Of a stretch of 48,062 bases of DNA, positions 37,786 through 46,886 are shown piece after piece. The position numbers were made by a program, and so were the translations under genes. Position 1 is the first letter of the stretch. Every line of letters begins with the position of its first letter. The notes beneath the pieces were generated by a model. That model was given only the letters and a program-made list of their open reading frames with translations, was not told where the DNA came from and searched no databases. The DNA is from Methylobacter sp. (lineage in GTDB: Bacteria > Pseudomonadota > Gammaproteobacteria > Methylococcales > Methylomonadaceae): positions 1-48,062 of the forward strand of contig JAQTLI010000001.1 in NCBI GenBank assembly GCA_028714995.1. The letters are read 5' to 3'.

Positions 37786-40236
37786 TTAGGAGACTTCCTG
37801 ATAGAGAGCGGCTTGCAGTTCATGGACAGCGTCTTCAAAGCTGGCTCGTGAACCAAATTCTTTGATGAGCTGGAGCGGTGTTCCCATCGTGTTGAAGGGG
37901 GAAATTTCAAGAATATGGACGTTATCCAGCCCGCTGACCACGCCTTCATCTTGATACTTGGTGAGCAGAGCTTCAAGTACGGCCCTGGCTTGCTGGCCGT
38001 ACTTGGTGAATACGTCACGTTTGCGCACGTTGTTAGCTCGGTCGCGACGCGTGAGCGGCGGCTGATCGAAGGCAATGTGGCAAATCAGGTCGAAGGGGTC
38101 GAGGTCTTTGCCGACCTCTTCCATCAACGGCTCCAGAAACAGCCCCTCTTCCGCCAATTCTTCAATAATGGCCTCCTTGCGCTCGTCAGACTTCCAGCGG
38201 GCAAGGAACTTATCAAGGCTGGAGAAATGGGCGCGGATAGCCTTACGGCTGTAATCGCGCAGGGATTCAGTCACCAGCTTGCCGTTTTCGTCGAGGTATT
38301 CCACCTGCTCGATGATGACGGTCACAGGCTTGCCTTTGACATAGAATTTGGTGGGCGGCCGGTCAGTACCGGGCGGCAGAGTAATATCTGGCGGATCGAC
38401 GACTACAGTTTCGCCTTCGCCGGGCTGAGGCGGAATGGGGTCTCCGTCATCAGGTGGCGGTGTGACATCCGGCGGGGTGACCGGATCACCTTCGCCCGGT
38501 TCGTAAATCTGCACCGGTTCGCCGTCAAATTCAGGGTCGGCAAAGTGATTGGTGGCTTTGCGGAAGTCGATCAGGGTGAAGTAATACTTCTTGGTGTCTT
38601 CATGGACGCGGGTGCCGCGTCCAACAATTTGCTTGAATTCGGTCATGGAGCCAATTTCACGGTCGAGCACGATCAACCGGCAGGTTTGCGCATCGACCCC
38701 CGTAGAAAGCAGGCGTGAGGTGGTGACAATGACTGGGTATTTGGCTTCCGGGTCAATAAAGTTGCCAATCTGATCCGTCCCCTCCTTATCGTTGCCGGTA
38801 ATGCGCATGACATAGCGGGCGTTCTGTTGGACGAGGTCTTGATTTTCATTGATGAAGGCTTGGCGCATTCGGGCAGCGTGTTCGGTATCCACGCAAAAGA
38901 CAATGGTTTTCTGGAATCGGTCGCCACTTTGCTTGAGGTAGTCCGATACCCATTTGGCGACGCGCTTGGTGCGCTCGTCGATCACAAGGTTCCGGTCAAA
39001 ATCCTTTTGATTGTAGATGCGGTCTTCGATTTCATGGCCATTTTGGTCGGTTTCCCCTGACTGAGGACGGTAGCCTTCTACATCCACATCGAGATGCACC
39101 TTGATGACTTTGTAGGGGGCAAGGAAGCCGTCACGAATGCCCTGCTTGAGCGTGTAGGTGTAAACCGGCTCGCCGAAGTAATGGATATTTGAAACATACT
39201 CGGTTTCTTTGGGCGTGGCGGTGAGGCCAATTTGCGTGGCGTCAGAAAAGTATTCGAGGATTTCTCGCCAAGCCGAATCTTCGGCAGCACTGCCCCGATG
39301 ACATTCGTCGATGACGATGAGATCGAAAAAGCCGGGTGAAAACTCGCGAAACAGCTTTTGCCGCTCCTCCGGGCCGGTGATGGCTTGATACAGTCCGAGA
39401 TAGATTTCGTAGGCGGTATCAATGCGGCGGATTTTGTCGATGGCTGTCGTAATGACCTCCACGCTGCCATCAGCCCGTTCAATGGTTTTGGCTCCGGTGC
39501 TGAGTTTGGCCATGGCCGCGCCGAAGGGGCGGAAGTCGTTGACCATAGTCTGGTCGATCAGCACATTGCGGTCAGCCAAAAACAGGATGCGTTTTTTCTG
39601 TCCGGCCCTCCAAAGCCGCCAGATGATCTGAAATGCGGTGTAGGTCTTGCCGGTGCCGGTAGCCATGACCAGCAAAATGCGGTTTTGACTCTTGGAGATG
39701 GCTTCAACCGTGGCATTGATGGCATTGCGCTGGTAATAGCGCGGTTCCTTGCCGCTGCCATCGTCGTAATAGGGCTGCAGGACGATCTTCTCCTGCTCGG
39801 GGACTAGCCCCTTCCATGCGCAGTATTGCACCCATAACTTGGCGGGGCTTGGGAACGTGTTTAAGGCAAGATTGGTTTCCATTTGCGTGCTCAGGCCGGT
39901 ACTGTCGTGAAACACGAAGCCGTCGCCGTTGGATGAAAATACAAAGGGAATATCTAGCGTGGCGGCGTAATCCAGCGCCTGCTGCATCCCGTCGCCCACG
40001 GCGTGGTTGTTATCCTTGGCTTCGATCAAGGCAATCGGAAAGTGCTGGTAATAGAGGATGTAATCAGCCCGCTTGGCCTTACCCCGCGTAACCAACTTGC
40101 CCCGCACGATGATGCGGCCTTTGGTGAAAAAGACTTCGCGACGAATCTGGAGTGCCTCATCCCATCCGGCCTGAATGACGGCTGGGGTAATGAACTTGGC
40201 GCAAATATCGGATTCGCTCAGGGTCTTTTTGCTCAT
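37786..40236 (-). CDS. hsdR: Type I R-M restriction subunit (EcoAI/EcoEI-like)
   Basis: ADY...IEAK nuclease, MATGTGKT, DECHR, TATP, QIVGRGTR, EcoEI-type C-terminus. Confidence 0.96.
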   Translation of the reverse strand: MSKKTLSESDICAKFITPAVIQAGWDEALQIRREVFFTKGRIIVRGKLVTRGKAKRADYILYYQHFPIALIEAKDNNHAVGDGMQQALDYAATLDIPFVFSSNGDGFVFHDSTGLSTQMETNLALNTFPSPAKLWVQYCAWKGLVPEQEKIVLQPYYDDGSGKEPRYYQRNAINATVEAISKSQNRILLVMATGTGKTYTAFQIIWRLWRAGQKKRILFLADRNVLIDQTMVNDFRPFGAAMAKLSTGAKTIERADGSVEVITTAIDKIRRIDTAYEIYLGLYQAITGPEERQKLFREFSPGFFDLIVIDECHRGSAAEDSAWREILEYFSDATQIGLTATPKETEYVSNIHYFGEPVYTYTLKQGIRDGFLAPYKVIKVHLDVDVEGYRPQSGETDQNGHEIEDRIYNQKDFDRNLVIDERTKRVAKWVSDYLKQSGDRFQKTIVFCVDTEHAARMRQAFINENQDLVQQNARYVMRITGNDKEGTDQIGNFIDPEAKYPVIVTTSRLLSTGVDAQTCRLIVLDREIGSMTEFKQIVGRGTRVHEDTKKYYFTLIDFRKATNHFADPEFDGEPVQIYEPGEGDPVTPPDVTPPPDDGDPIPPQPGEGETVVVDPPDITLPPGTDRPPTKFYVKGKPVTVIIEQVEYLDENGKLVTESLRDYSRKAIRAHFSSLDKFLARWKSDERKEAIIEELAEEGLFLEPLMEEVGKDLDPFDLICHIAFDQPPLTRRDRANNVRKRDVFTKYGQQARAVLEALLTKYQDEGVVSGLDNVHILEISPFNTMGTPLQLIKEFGSRASFEDAVHELQAALYQEVS

Positions 40237-41288
40237 AATTCCTTCTTTAAATCCTTTGTGTCCTCGTGAAAATCTCCCTCTTCTTCAGGGGCGTTCTGGA
40301 GATAAAATTCATGGAGTTTTTCCCGTAGAAGCTTTTTATCCGGCAATTGAGTTTGGTATTCAGCGATTAAAGCCGGGGAAAGGGTGCGACTCAGGGAATA
40401 TTCAACCACTTCGTCATCTTTGCTGGCACAGAGCAACACGCCGATAGCAGGGTGCTCATGGGACTTGCGGACATCACGATCCAAGGCTTCGAGATAGAAA
40501 GCCAGTTTCCCAAGATATTCGGGTTCAAATCGCCCAACTTTCAACTCAATCGCAACTAGACAATTGAGTCCGCGATGAAAAAGCAGCAGATCAAGCGCGA
40601 AATCCCGTCCCCCCACCTGCAAAGGATATTCAGAGCCGACAAAACAAAAGTCGCGGCCTAATTCAATCAAGAAATTCTTTAACTGACTCACTAAGCCTCG
40701 GTGCAAATCGGCCTCGGTGTGGCCGTCTGGCAACCCCAGAAAATCCACCATATAGGCATCTTTGAAAATGTTCACGCCGGTCGGGTAAGTTTGTGTCACC
40801 AGTGGTGACACTTTTGGCGGACTGAGCACGGTGCGTTCAAATAACGCGGTTTTGAACTGGCGTTCCAGTTCGCGCTTGCCCCAGTTTTCTTGAATTGACT
40901 GCCGCAGATAAAATTCACGTTCCTCTGGGTGTTTGCTCTGGCTGAGAATAATGAGATTGTGAGTCCAAGATAATTGTCTCACCAGGGGCGAGAGTTTTTC
41001 ATCATCCCGGTAGGCCTCATAAAACTGCCGCATCCGAAATAAATTACGGCGGGTAAAGCCTCGAAGCCCTGGCTGGGTCTGCGCGATGTAAGCCGCCAAT
41101 TGATCGACGACACCGTCACCCCATTCGGCGCTTTTGATCTTGCGACTGATGGTTTCACCAACGTGCCAATAAAGGTCGATCAAAGCGGTATTGATTGCCT
41201 GAAACGCTTTTTGACGAGCCGCCTCAATGAGGTTTGTCACCTCGTGAAAAGCAACTGCGGCAATTTGGTCTGGCGTTGTCTTGCTCAT
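40233..41288 (-). CDS. yhcG: YhcG/DUF1016 PD-(D/E)XK nuclease-domain protein
   Basis: LYWHVG, LSWTH, FKDAY, ELGRDF, DLLLFHRGLNCLVAIELK; overlaps the hsdR start. Confidence 0.92.
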   Translation of the reverse strand: MSKTTPDQIAAVAFHEVTNLIEAARQKAFQAINTALIDLYWHVGETISRKIKSAEWGDGVVDQLAAYIAQTQPGLRGFTRRNLFRMRQFYEAYRDDEKLSPLVRQLSWTHNLIILSQSKHPEEREFYLRQSIQENWGKRELERQFKTALFERTVLSPPKVSPLVTQTYPTGVNIFKDAYMVDFLGLPDGHTEADLHRGLVSQLKNFLIELGRDFCFVGSEYPLQVGGRDFALDLLLFHRGLNCLVAIELKVGRFEPEYLGKLAFYLEALDRDVRKSHEHPAIGVLLCASKDDEVVEYSLSRTLSPALIAEYQTQLPDKKLLREKLHEFYLQNAPEEEGDFHEDTKDLKKEL

Positions 41289-41369
41289 GCGTCCTTGGTT
41301 CCTATTCTTATTCGTGTGCGCGCAGGACTGATGTCTGCCGTCAGGGTCCCCATTGTCGAGTGTATGCGG

Positions 41370-41588
41370 TTATGATAGGTTCTTCGGGTTAATAAATTCT
41401 TCCCATCTGCCATCGGTCTGTATCACTTTATAGTCAATTCCAATGCGTTTGGACGCACTTTCTCGTTTCTTAAGACATTGTCGCACATAACGGCGCACAG
41501 ACTCTTCATCCGATAGCAAAACAGTTTTGGTCGTGCTGCGTGAGCCGACCCGGACATAGTTCATGACGACGATCCAATGTAAACGCAA
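41370..41588 (-). pseudogene. Probable WGR-domain protein remnant
   Basis: WIVVMNYVRVGS...LKKRESASKRIG..Y resembles the C-terminal half of a WGR domain; no good start codon or N-terminal half. Confidence 0.4.
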
Positions 41589-41642
41589 TATGGCAATTGT
41601 TTCCTTGAGTTAAATCGAATTGATAATGAAATTCAATTAACA

Positions 41643-42203
41643 CTATGAGTCAGCACCAGCGTATTTATATAGTGTGGTGCGTGAAACATGGTAGCGCTCA
41701 GCAACATTGGTGATATTAACCGATGGATCACGCATTAACGCCTTAACTTCTCGAATCTGCTTTTCATCAAGCGCCGGTTTTCTTCCGCCTTTCCTACCTC
41801 TGGCTCTCGCTGCAGTCAGACCGGCATGGGTACGTTCGCGAATTAGATTTCTTTCAAATTCAGCCAAAGCCGCAAAAATATGAAAAGTCAGTTTGCCGTT
41901 AGCATTAGTGGTTTCAATCTTTTCTGTCAGGCTTTCAAAGCCAATACCATCACGTTCAAGTTCGGCAACAATCCGCACCAGGTCGGGCAACGATCGCCCC
42001 AACCTGTCTAAGCGCCAAACAACCAAGGTATCCCCTGCCCTCAATGCCTTGCGGCATTGCTCAAGTTCAAGCCGTTCCATATTTTTGCCACTGGCTTTTT
42101 CTTCGTAAATAACATCGCAGCCGGCCTTTTTTAAGGCATCGTTTTGGAGGTCCAAATGTTGATCATCGGTCGATACTCTGGCATAACCAATCTTTTGATT
42201 CAT
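41643..42203 (-). CDS. Serine recombinase (resolvase/invertase, TniR/Pin-like)
   Basis: KIGYARVST, WRLDRLGRS, AEFER, GGRKP, VSRTTLY. Confidence 0.94.
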   Translation of the reverse strand: MNQKIGYARVSTDDQHLDLQNDALKKAGCDVIYEEKASGKNMERLELEQCRKALRAGDTLVVWRLDRLGRSLPDLVRIVAELERDGIGFESLTEKIETTNANGKLTFHIFAALAEFERNLIRERTHAGLTAARARGRKGGRKPALDEKQIREVKALMRDPSVNITNVAERYHVSRTTLYKYAGADS

Positions 42204-42209
42204 GAACAC

Positions 42210-42316
42210 TTTACTTGTTTTGATAGATTAACGGCTATATTAACATTTTTACCCCTCTTTCACTATCAAAAAAGGGTGATTTTTGAGTTGTTCATTAAAC
42301 GACCGTTTGTTGGACA
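42210..42316. other. res site upstream of the second resolvase
   Basis: Imperfect palindrome TGTTCATTAAACG-AC-CGTTTGTTGGACA (42289-42316) plus AT-rich accessory region. Confidence 0.6.
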
Positions 42317-42320
42317 GATT

Positions 42321-43370
42321 TCAATGCTCATGCTGGTGGTGAGCATCCGGGAAATGAGAATGGAAATGAGTCATTGGTATGTGCCGATGCAGGTGTCGGT
42401 GCTTCGTACCAAGCTCGACGGGCATATCATGCTCATGCTGGTGATGCTCGTCGTGGGTGTGCTCATGATCGTGTTCCAGAGCCTTATGTGCATGGGGATG
42501 GTGATGCTGCTCAGTCAAGTGCAGCCAGATACCCAACCCCATCAACGTCCCTGCGACAACCAGTGTCAGCGTCAACGGTTCGCCCATTGCCAACGCCAGT
42601 ATCGCACCGATGAACGGAGCGACAGAGAAGTAAGCCCCCGTACGAGCCGTTCCAAGGTGACGCAAGCCAACAACGAACAGAACCAGACTTACGCCATAGG
42701 CGAGAAACCCGACAACCAACGCCCCAGCGAGATTCAACAACGGCGGAACTGTTGTGCCTACAATGAAGGCCAAGGCTAAATTGATTGAACCGGCGACCAG
42801 TCCTTTCACCGAGGCAATCCAAGTCGCATCATATAGCGACACCTTACGGGTCAGATTGTTGTCGATGGCCCACATGAAACAAGCTCCAACGACGGCCAGA
42901 GACGGCCAAACACCGGTAAAGAACGCTTCATCCGGCCAACTTAAGACAGCGACCCCGGCCACAATGGCGATCATGCCCAGTGCGATCCGCCGGTCGAAGT
43001 TTTCCTTGAAGGCGAACCACGCCAACAGTGCAGTGAGTACCCCTTCGGTATTTAGCAGTAGAGAGGCTCCCGATGCAGGCATCCTGGTTAGGCCTAACAT
43101 CAACAGTATTGGGCCGATGATCCCTCCCGTTACAATAGCACCAACAAACCACAGCACCTCATGCCGAGGCAGTTTGACAGCAGGGGCTTTGCTAAAATAC
43201 CTGTATAAAGTAAGGCCGATACCGGAACCTAAATACAATAGCCCAGCCAGCATCCAAGGACTAACTGCATTCAGCAGCAGTTTTGCGAGCGGGGTGCTCG
43301 CCCCGAATAACATGGCGGCACCTAATGCAGCAGGTACGCCTGCTTGGCGTAGTCCATCTATTAACTTCAT
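42321..43370 (-). CDS. DMT/EamA transporter with His-rich C-terminal tail
   Basis: About 10 TMs, FGASTP, IDNNLTR, tail HHHPHAH...HFPDAHHQHEH. Confidence 0.92.
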   Translation of the reverse strand: MKLIDGLRQAGVPAALGAAMLFGASTPLAKLLLNAVSPWMLAGLLYLGSGIGLTLYRYFSKAPAVKLPRHEVLWFVGAIVTGGIIGPILLMLGLTRMPASGASLLLNTEGVLTALLAWFAFKENFDRRIALGMIAIVAGVAVLSWPDEAFFTGVWPSLAVVGACFMWAIDNNLTRKVSLYDATWIASVKGLVAGSINLALAFIVGTTVPPLLNLAGALVVGFLAYGVSLVLFVVGLRHLGTARTGAYFSVAPFIGAILALAMGEPLTLTLVVAGTLMGLGIWLHLTEQHHHPHAHKALEHDHEHTHDEHHQHEHDMPVELGTKHRHLHRHIPMTHFHSHFPDAHHQHEH

Positions 43371-43598
43371 TAAACACATCCCCCTCATTAGAGGTTGTTA
43401 GTAGGGGTAAACACAGAACCAAGTATAAGGCAGACAATACCTAGCGTCCCAAAATAACCGTTTGACGAACGGTCATTCCGACTTGCGAGCCCCATACTTA
43501 CCCCTATCAATCAAGGCGCTGAGTCATACATTTAATTGCTGTTCGGTTTCTCGCATGCTAGATTATAAAAGAAGTGATTTACAACTCAGAGAGGCCTT

Positions 43599-44015
43599 GT
43601 GATAACAGCGTTGCATTTCAAAAGAAATCGTCCTTACCTGCACACGTTAGTGTTCGTGTTGCTGGTGAGCTGGATTTCTTTGGCCATTTCGGCAACCTGT
43701 ACTATGCCTATGCCCTCGGTATTGACGGCAATGCCCGAGCACATGCCCGGATGTTCGGAATCAGGTGTACTTAAGCATACGTCCAAGACTATGCAGGACT
43801 GTACCCTCAAGCCCTGCCTTGACTCGCAAACTCATCCATTCCCCGATTTTAATCGTCTGGCTCACCCTGACCTGCCGGTTATTATTCTGGGCCTTATTTG
43901 GACGATTGTTTGCCTAATCCAATTTTTTCCACTCACAAAACCTCTTCCAAAAACCGAATCTCCGCCTGGGCGACGGATTCTGCTCATCTATCGGTTCTGC
44001 ACCCTGCTGAATTAG
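43599..44015 (+). CDS. Hypothetical Cys/Met/His-rich membrane or periplasmic protein leading the cus operon
   Basis: N-terminal hydrophobic helix, CTMPM..MPEHMPGC..C....C, C-terminal PP...YRFCTLLN. Confidence 0.7.
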   Translation: MITALHFKRNRPYLHTLVFVLLVSWISLAISATCTMPMPSVLTAMPEHMPGCSESGVLKHTSKTMQDCTLKPCLDSQTHPFPDFNRLAHPDLPVIILGLIWTIVCLIQFFPLTKPLPKTESPPGRRILLIYRFCTLLN

Positions 44016-44105
44016 CCACCCCTCGAAATCGAACCGCGCCGTTATAGGCGCACTGCGGTTCCGCGCTTGCGGAGCTTGTTTGTTCCGATTTGAGAGGAAA
44101 ATTCG

Positions 44106-45482
44106 ATGTTTTTTGTTAACTATCCGTGGCCGCTACGCCGCGCTTATCCGGCGTGGGCGGCGGTGACTTTTGGGCTGGCGCTATTTTCGCCCGGCCTGGT
44201 TTTTCATAGTTCAACCAGTGCAATCCGTGTGAGTTGGGTTGAAGCGCTAGCCGAAACCCGGCCTACTAACAAGGATGAATCCATCCTGACGCTCGGCCGG
44301 GCGGTTGAACTTGCCCTCACTGGCAACCCCGGACTGTCGGAAATCAAGGCGCGAGCTGAGGCGATGGCTGCCGTGCCTTCCCAGGAAGGCACGTTGCCCG
44401 ATCCGACGCTCAAATTCGGTGCGCTTTACCTGCCTACCAGCAGTTTCAATTTGCACCAGGATGATTTCACCATGATGGAAGTTGGCATAAGCCAGGAGAT
44501 TCCTTTTCCCGGCAAGCTGGCGTTACGGGAAAAAATCGCCGAGCAGGAAGCGCTGGCCGCCGCTGACTCCGTTGACGAAGCGCGTTTGCGGCTGGTGCGC
44601 GAGGTAAAACAGAGCTGGTGGCGGCTATTTTATTACGACCGGGCTTTAAACTTGCTGGATGAAACCGAACACTTTTCCCAACAACTCATCGACATTGCCC
44701 AGGCCAAATATAAGGTAGGTAAAGGAACGCAGCAGGACGTGCTGCTAGCCCAGCTGGAACTGTCCAAACTCAAAGATGAGAAGCTGGATCTGGTTAGTCT
44801 GAGCCACGGTCAGAACGCCCGCATCAATGCCTTGCTGGATCGCGCGGCAAAAACGCCTGTACAAATTCCGGCTGAGGCTGAGTTCAAGTTACCGCTCATT
44901 GTCGAGTCAGACTTGCAGGACAAGGCCTTGCACATCCGTCCTTTATTCGCTCAACACCGCAAGATGCTGGATGCGGGGCTAGCCAAGGTCGATCTGGCGC
45001 AAAAGGGTTTCTATCCCGACTTCACCGTTAGCGCAGGTTATGATGCCCGGCAGAACACGCCGTCAGGGCAGTCGCGTAGTGATTTCGCCAGTGTTCAATT
45101 GAGCATGAATGTACCAATTTATGCGGATCGCAAGCAAGCCAAGGCGGTTGATCAGCGCCAAAGCGAACTCTTGCAGGCGCAATATGCCCTGCAGGACGAC
45201 CACCGCAAAATTCAGGCTGAGATAGCCGCTAAAGCCGTCGAGTATCAACAGACAAAAGAAAAGCTGTTGCTGCTCGAACATGAAATCATCCCGCAGGCGC
45301 AGCAAACTGTTAATTCCCTACTGGCTGGGTATCAGGTGAGTCAAGCTAACTTTAGCGATCTATTGCGCACACAACTCAATCTTTTCCAATATCAGACACA
45401 GTATTGGCAGGCCTTGGTCAGCACTCAGCAAATCTTGGCCGAGTTGTCAGCCGAAGTGGGCGAGGAGTTGAGCCATGAGTAG
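44106..45482 (+). CDS. TolC-family outer membrane protein (CusC-like)
   Basis: NPGL, LPDP, SQEIPFPGKL, FYPDF; first gene of a CBA operon. Confidence 0.92.
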   Translation: MFFVNYPWPLRRAYPAWAAVTFGLALFSPGLVFHSSTSAIRVSWVEALAETRPTNKDESILTLGRAVELALTGNPGLSEIKARAEAMAAVPSQEGTLPDPTLKFGALYLPTSSFNLHQDDFTMMEVGISQEIPFPGKLALREKIAEQEALAAADSVDEARLRLVREVKQSWWRLFYYDRALNLLDETEHFSQQLIDIAQAKYKVGKGTQQDVLLAQLELSKLKDEKLDLVSLSHGQNARINALLDRAAKTPVQIPAEAEFKLPLIVESDLQDKALHIRPLFAQHRKMLDAGLAKVDLAQKGFYPDFTVSAGYDARQNTPSGQSRSDFASVQLSMNVPIYADRKQAKAVDQRQSELLQAQYALQDDHRKIQAEIAAKAVEYQQTKEKLLLLEHEIIPQAQQTVNSLLAGYQVSQANFSDLLRTQLNLFQYQTQYWQALVSTQQILAELSAEVGEELSHE

Positions 45483-46884
45483 ATATTTACTGGCATCTTT
45501 AGTTTTAATACTAGGCTTAAGTCTGGGATTTTGGGCTGGCCGTCAGGAAGTACTGCAAAATCCTACCGCAGTCGGAGAAAAAAAACCGCTGTATTATCGT
45601 CACCCGATGAATCCCCAAGTCACCTCGACTACGCCTGCCAAAGACGAGATGAATATGGACTATGTGCCAGTTTATGCAGAACAGCCAACCGCAGCAGCGC
45701 CGGAATCGGGAAAAATCTTGTATTACCGGCATCCGATGGGAGCGGCGGACACTTCGCCGGTGCCGAAAAAGGATGAAATGGGCATGGACTATCTCCCGGT
45801 CTATGAAAGCGAACTGGCGAACTCCGGGCAAATCCGGATCAGCCCGGAAAAAATCCAGAAATTGGGTGTTAGCACAGAAATCCTGGCAAAACGCACACTG
45901 ACGCACAGCATTCGTGCGTTGGGTAGCATTCAGATTGACGAACGACGTGTTCACGCCGTGACAACCAAGTTTGAAGGCTGGATTTCGCGTTTGTATGTCA
46001 ATGCAACCGGACAAGCTGTCAAGCGCGGTCAGCCGCTGCTTGAGGTCTACAGCCCGGAACTGATGACCGCTCAGCAGGAATATCTGATTGCCCGGCAAGG
46101 ACAACAAGCACTGCAACAGGGTAGCGCCCAAGCGCGCGGCACGGCGAAGCAGCTGACCGATAACGCGTTACAGCGCTTGCATTATTGGGATATTGCCCCG
46201 GCACAGTTGCAGCTTTTACAAAGCGAAGAAAAGCCTGTGGATACCCTGCCATTGCTGGCACCGGTCAATGGCGTGGTGCTGGAGAAGCCGGCGCAAGAGG
46301 GGATGCGTTTCATGCCCGGCGAGCTGTTGTTTCGTATCGCTGATTTAAGCACGGTGTGGCTGTTAGCGGAGGTGTTTGAGCAAGATATTGGCGGGGTGCA
46401 CTTGGGCCAAGTCGTGCAGGTGCGTATCAACGCCTATCCGGATAGACTGTTTAGCGGCAAGGTCGGATTCATCTATCCGACGCTGGCAACGGAAACCCGT
46501 ACTGTCAAAGTGCGTGTCGAGTTGCCCAATGGTGAAGGCCTGCTAAAACCTGGACTGTATGGCAGCGTGACACTGGCGGCGCTGGAGGATAGGGACGAAC
46601 GATTGGCGGTTCCTGATTCGGCAGTCATTGACAGCGGCACCAGACGAGTGGTTTTAGTGCAAAGAAGCGAGGGGCGGTTCGAACCGCGTATTGTGAAACT
46701 TGGGCGTCAGGCTGACGGATACTGGGAAGTATTGGCGGGGCTGGATGCAGGCGATGAAGTCGTGACGCGTGCTAATTTCCTGATCGATGCCGAAAGCAAT
46801 CTCAAGTCCGCCTTGGATGGCTTTAACAATCAGGGTGCTAAAGCTGGTCAGGCAACGCCTGAAACACAACATGGAGACCACTAG
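45475..46884 (+). CDS. cusB: CusB-like periplasmic adaptor with two heavy-metal-binding repeats
   Basis: Two YYRHPM...KDEMxMDYxPVY repeats, YSPEL, FLIDAESNL. Confidence 0.92.
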   Translation: MSRYLLASLVLILGLSLGFWAGRQEVLQNPTAVGEKKPLYYRHPMNPQVTSTTPAKDEMNMDYVPVYAEQPTAAAPESGKILYYRHPMGAADTSPVPKKDEMGMDYLPVYESELANSGQIRISPEKIQKLGVSTEILAKRTLTHSIRALGSIQIDERRVHAVTTKFEGWISRLYVNATGQAVKRGQPLLEVYSPELMTAQQEYLIARQGQQALQQGSAQARGTAKQLTDNALQRLHYWDIAPAQLQLLQSEEKPVDTLPLLAPVNGVVLEKPAQEGMRFMPGELLFRIADLSTVWLLAEVFEQDIGGVHLGQVVQVRINAYPDRLFSGKVGFIYPTLATETRTVKVRVELPNGEGLLKPGLYGSVTLAALEDRDERLAVPDSAVIDSGTRRVVLVQRSEGRFEPRIVKLGRQADGYWEVLAGLDAGDEVVTRANFLIDAESNLKSALDGFNNQGAKAGQATPETQHGDH

Positions 46885-46886
46885 CC

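Noticed and set aside
14140-46131. Long antisense or overlapping ORFs (15373-16245, 20695-21471, 26588-27295, 37915-38718, 42144-42779, 42754-43401, 45517-46131)
   Set aside because: All overlap well-supported genes and are explained by codon bias in GC-rich coding DNA.
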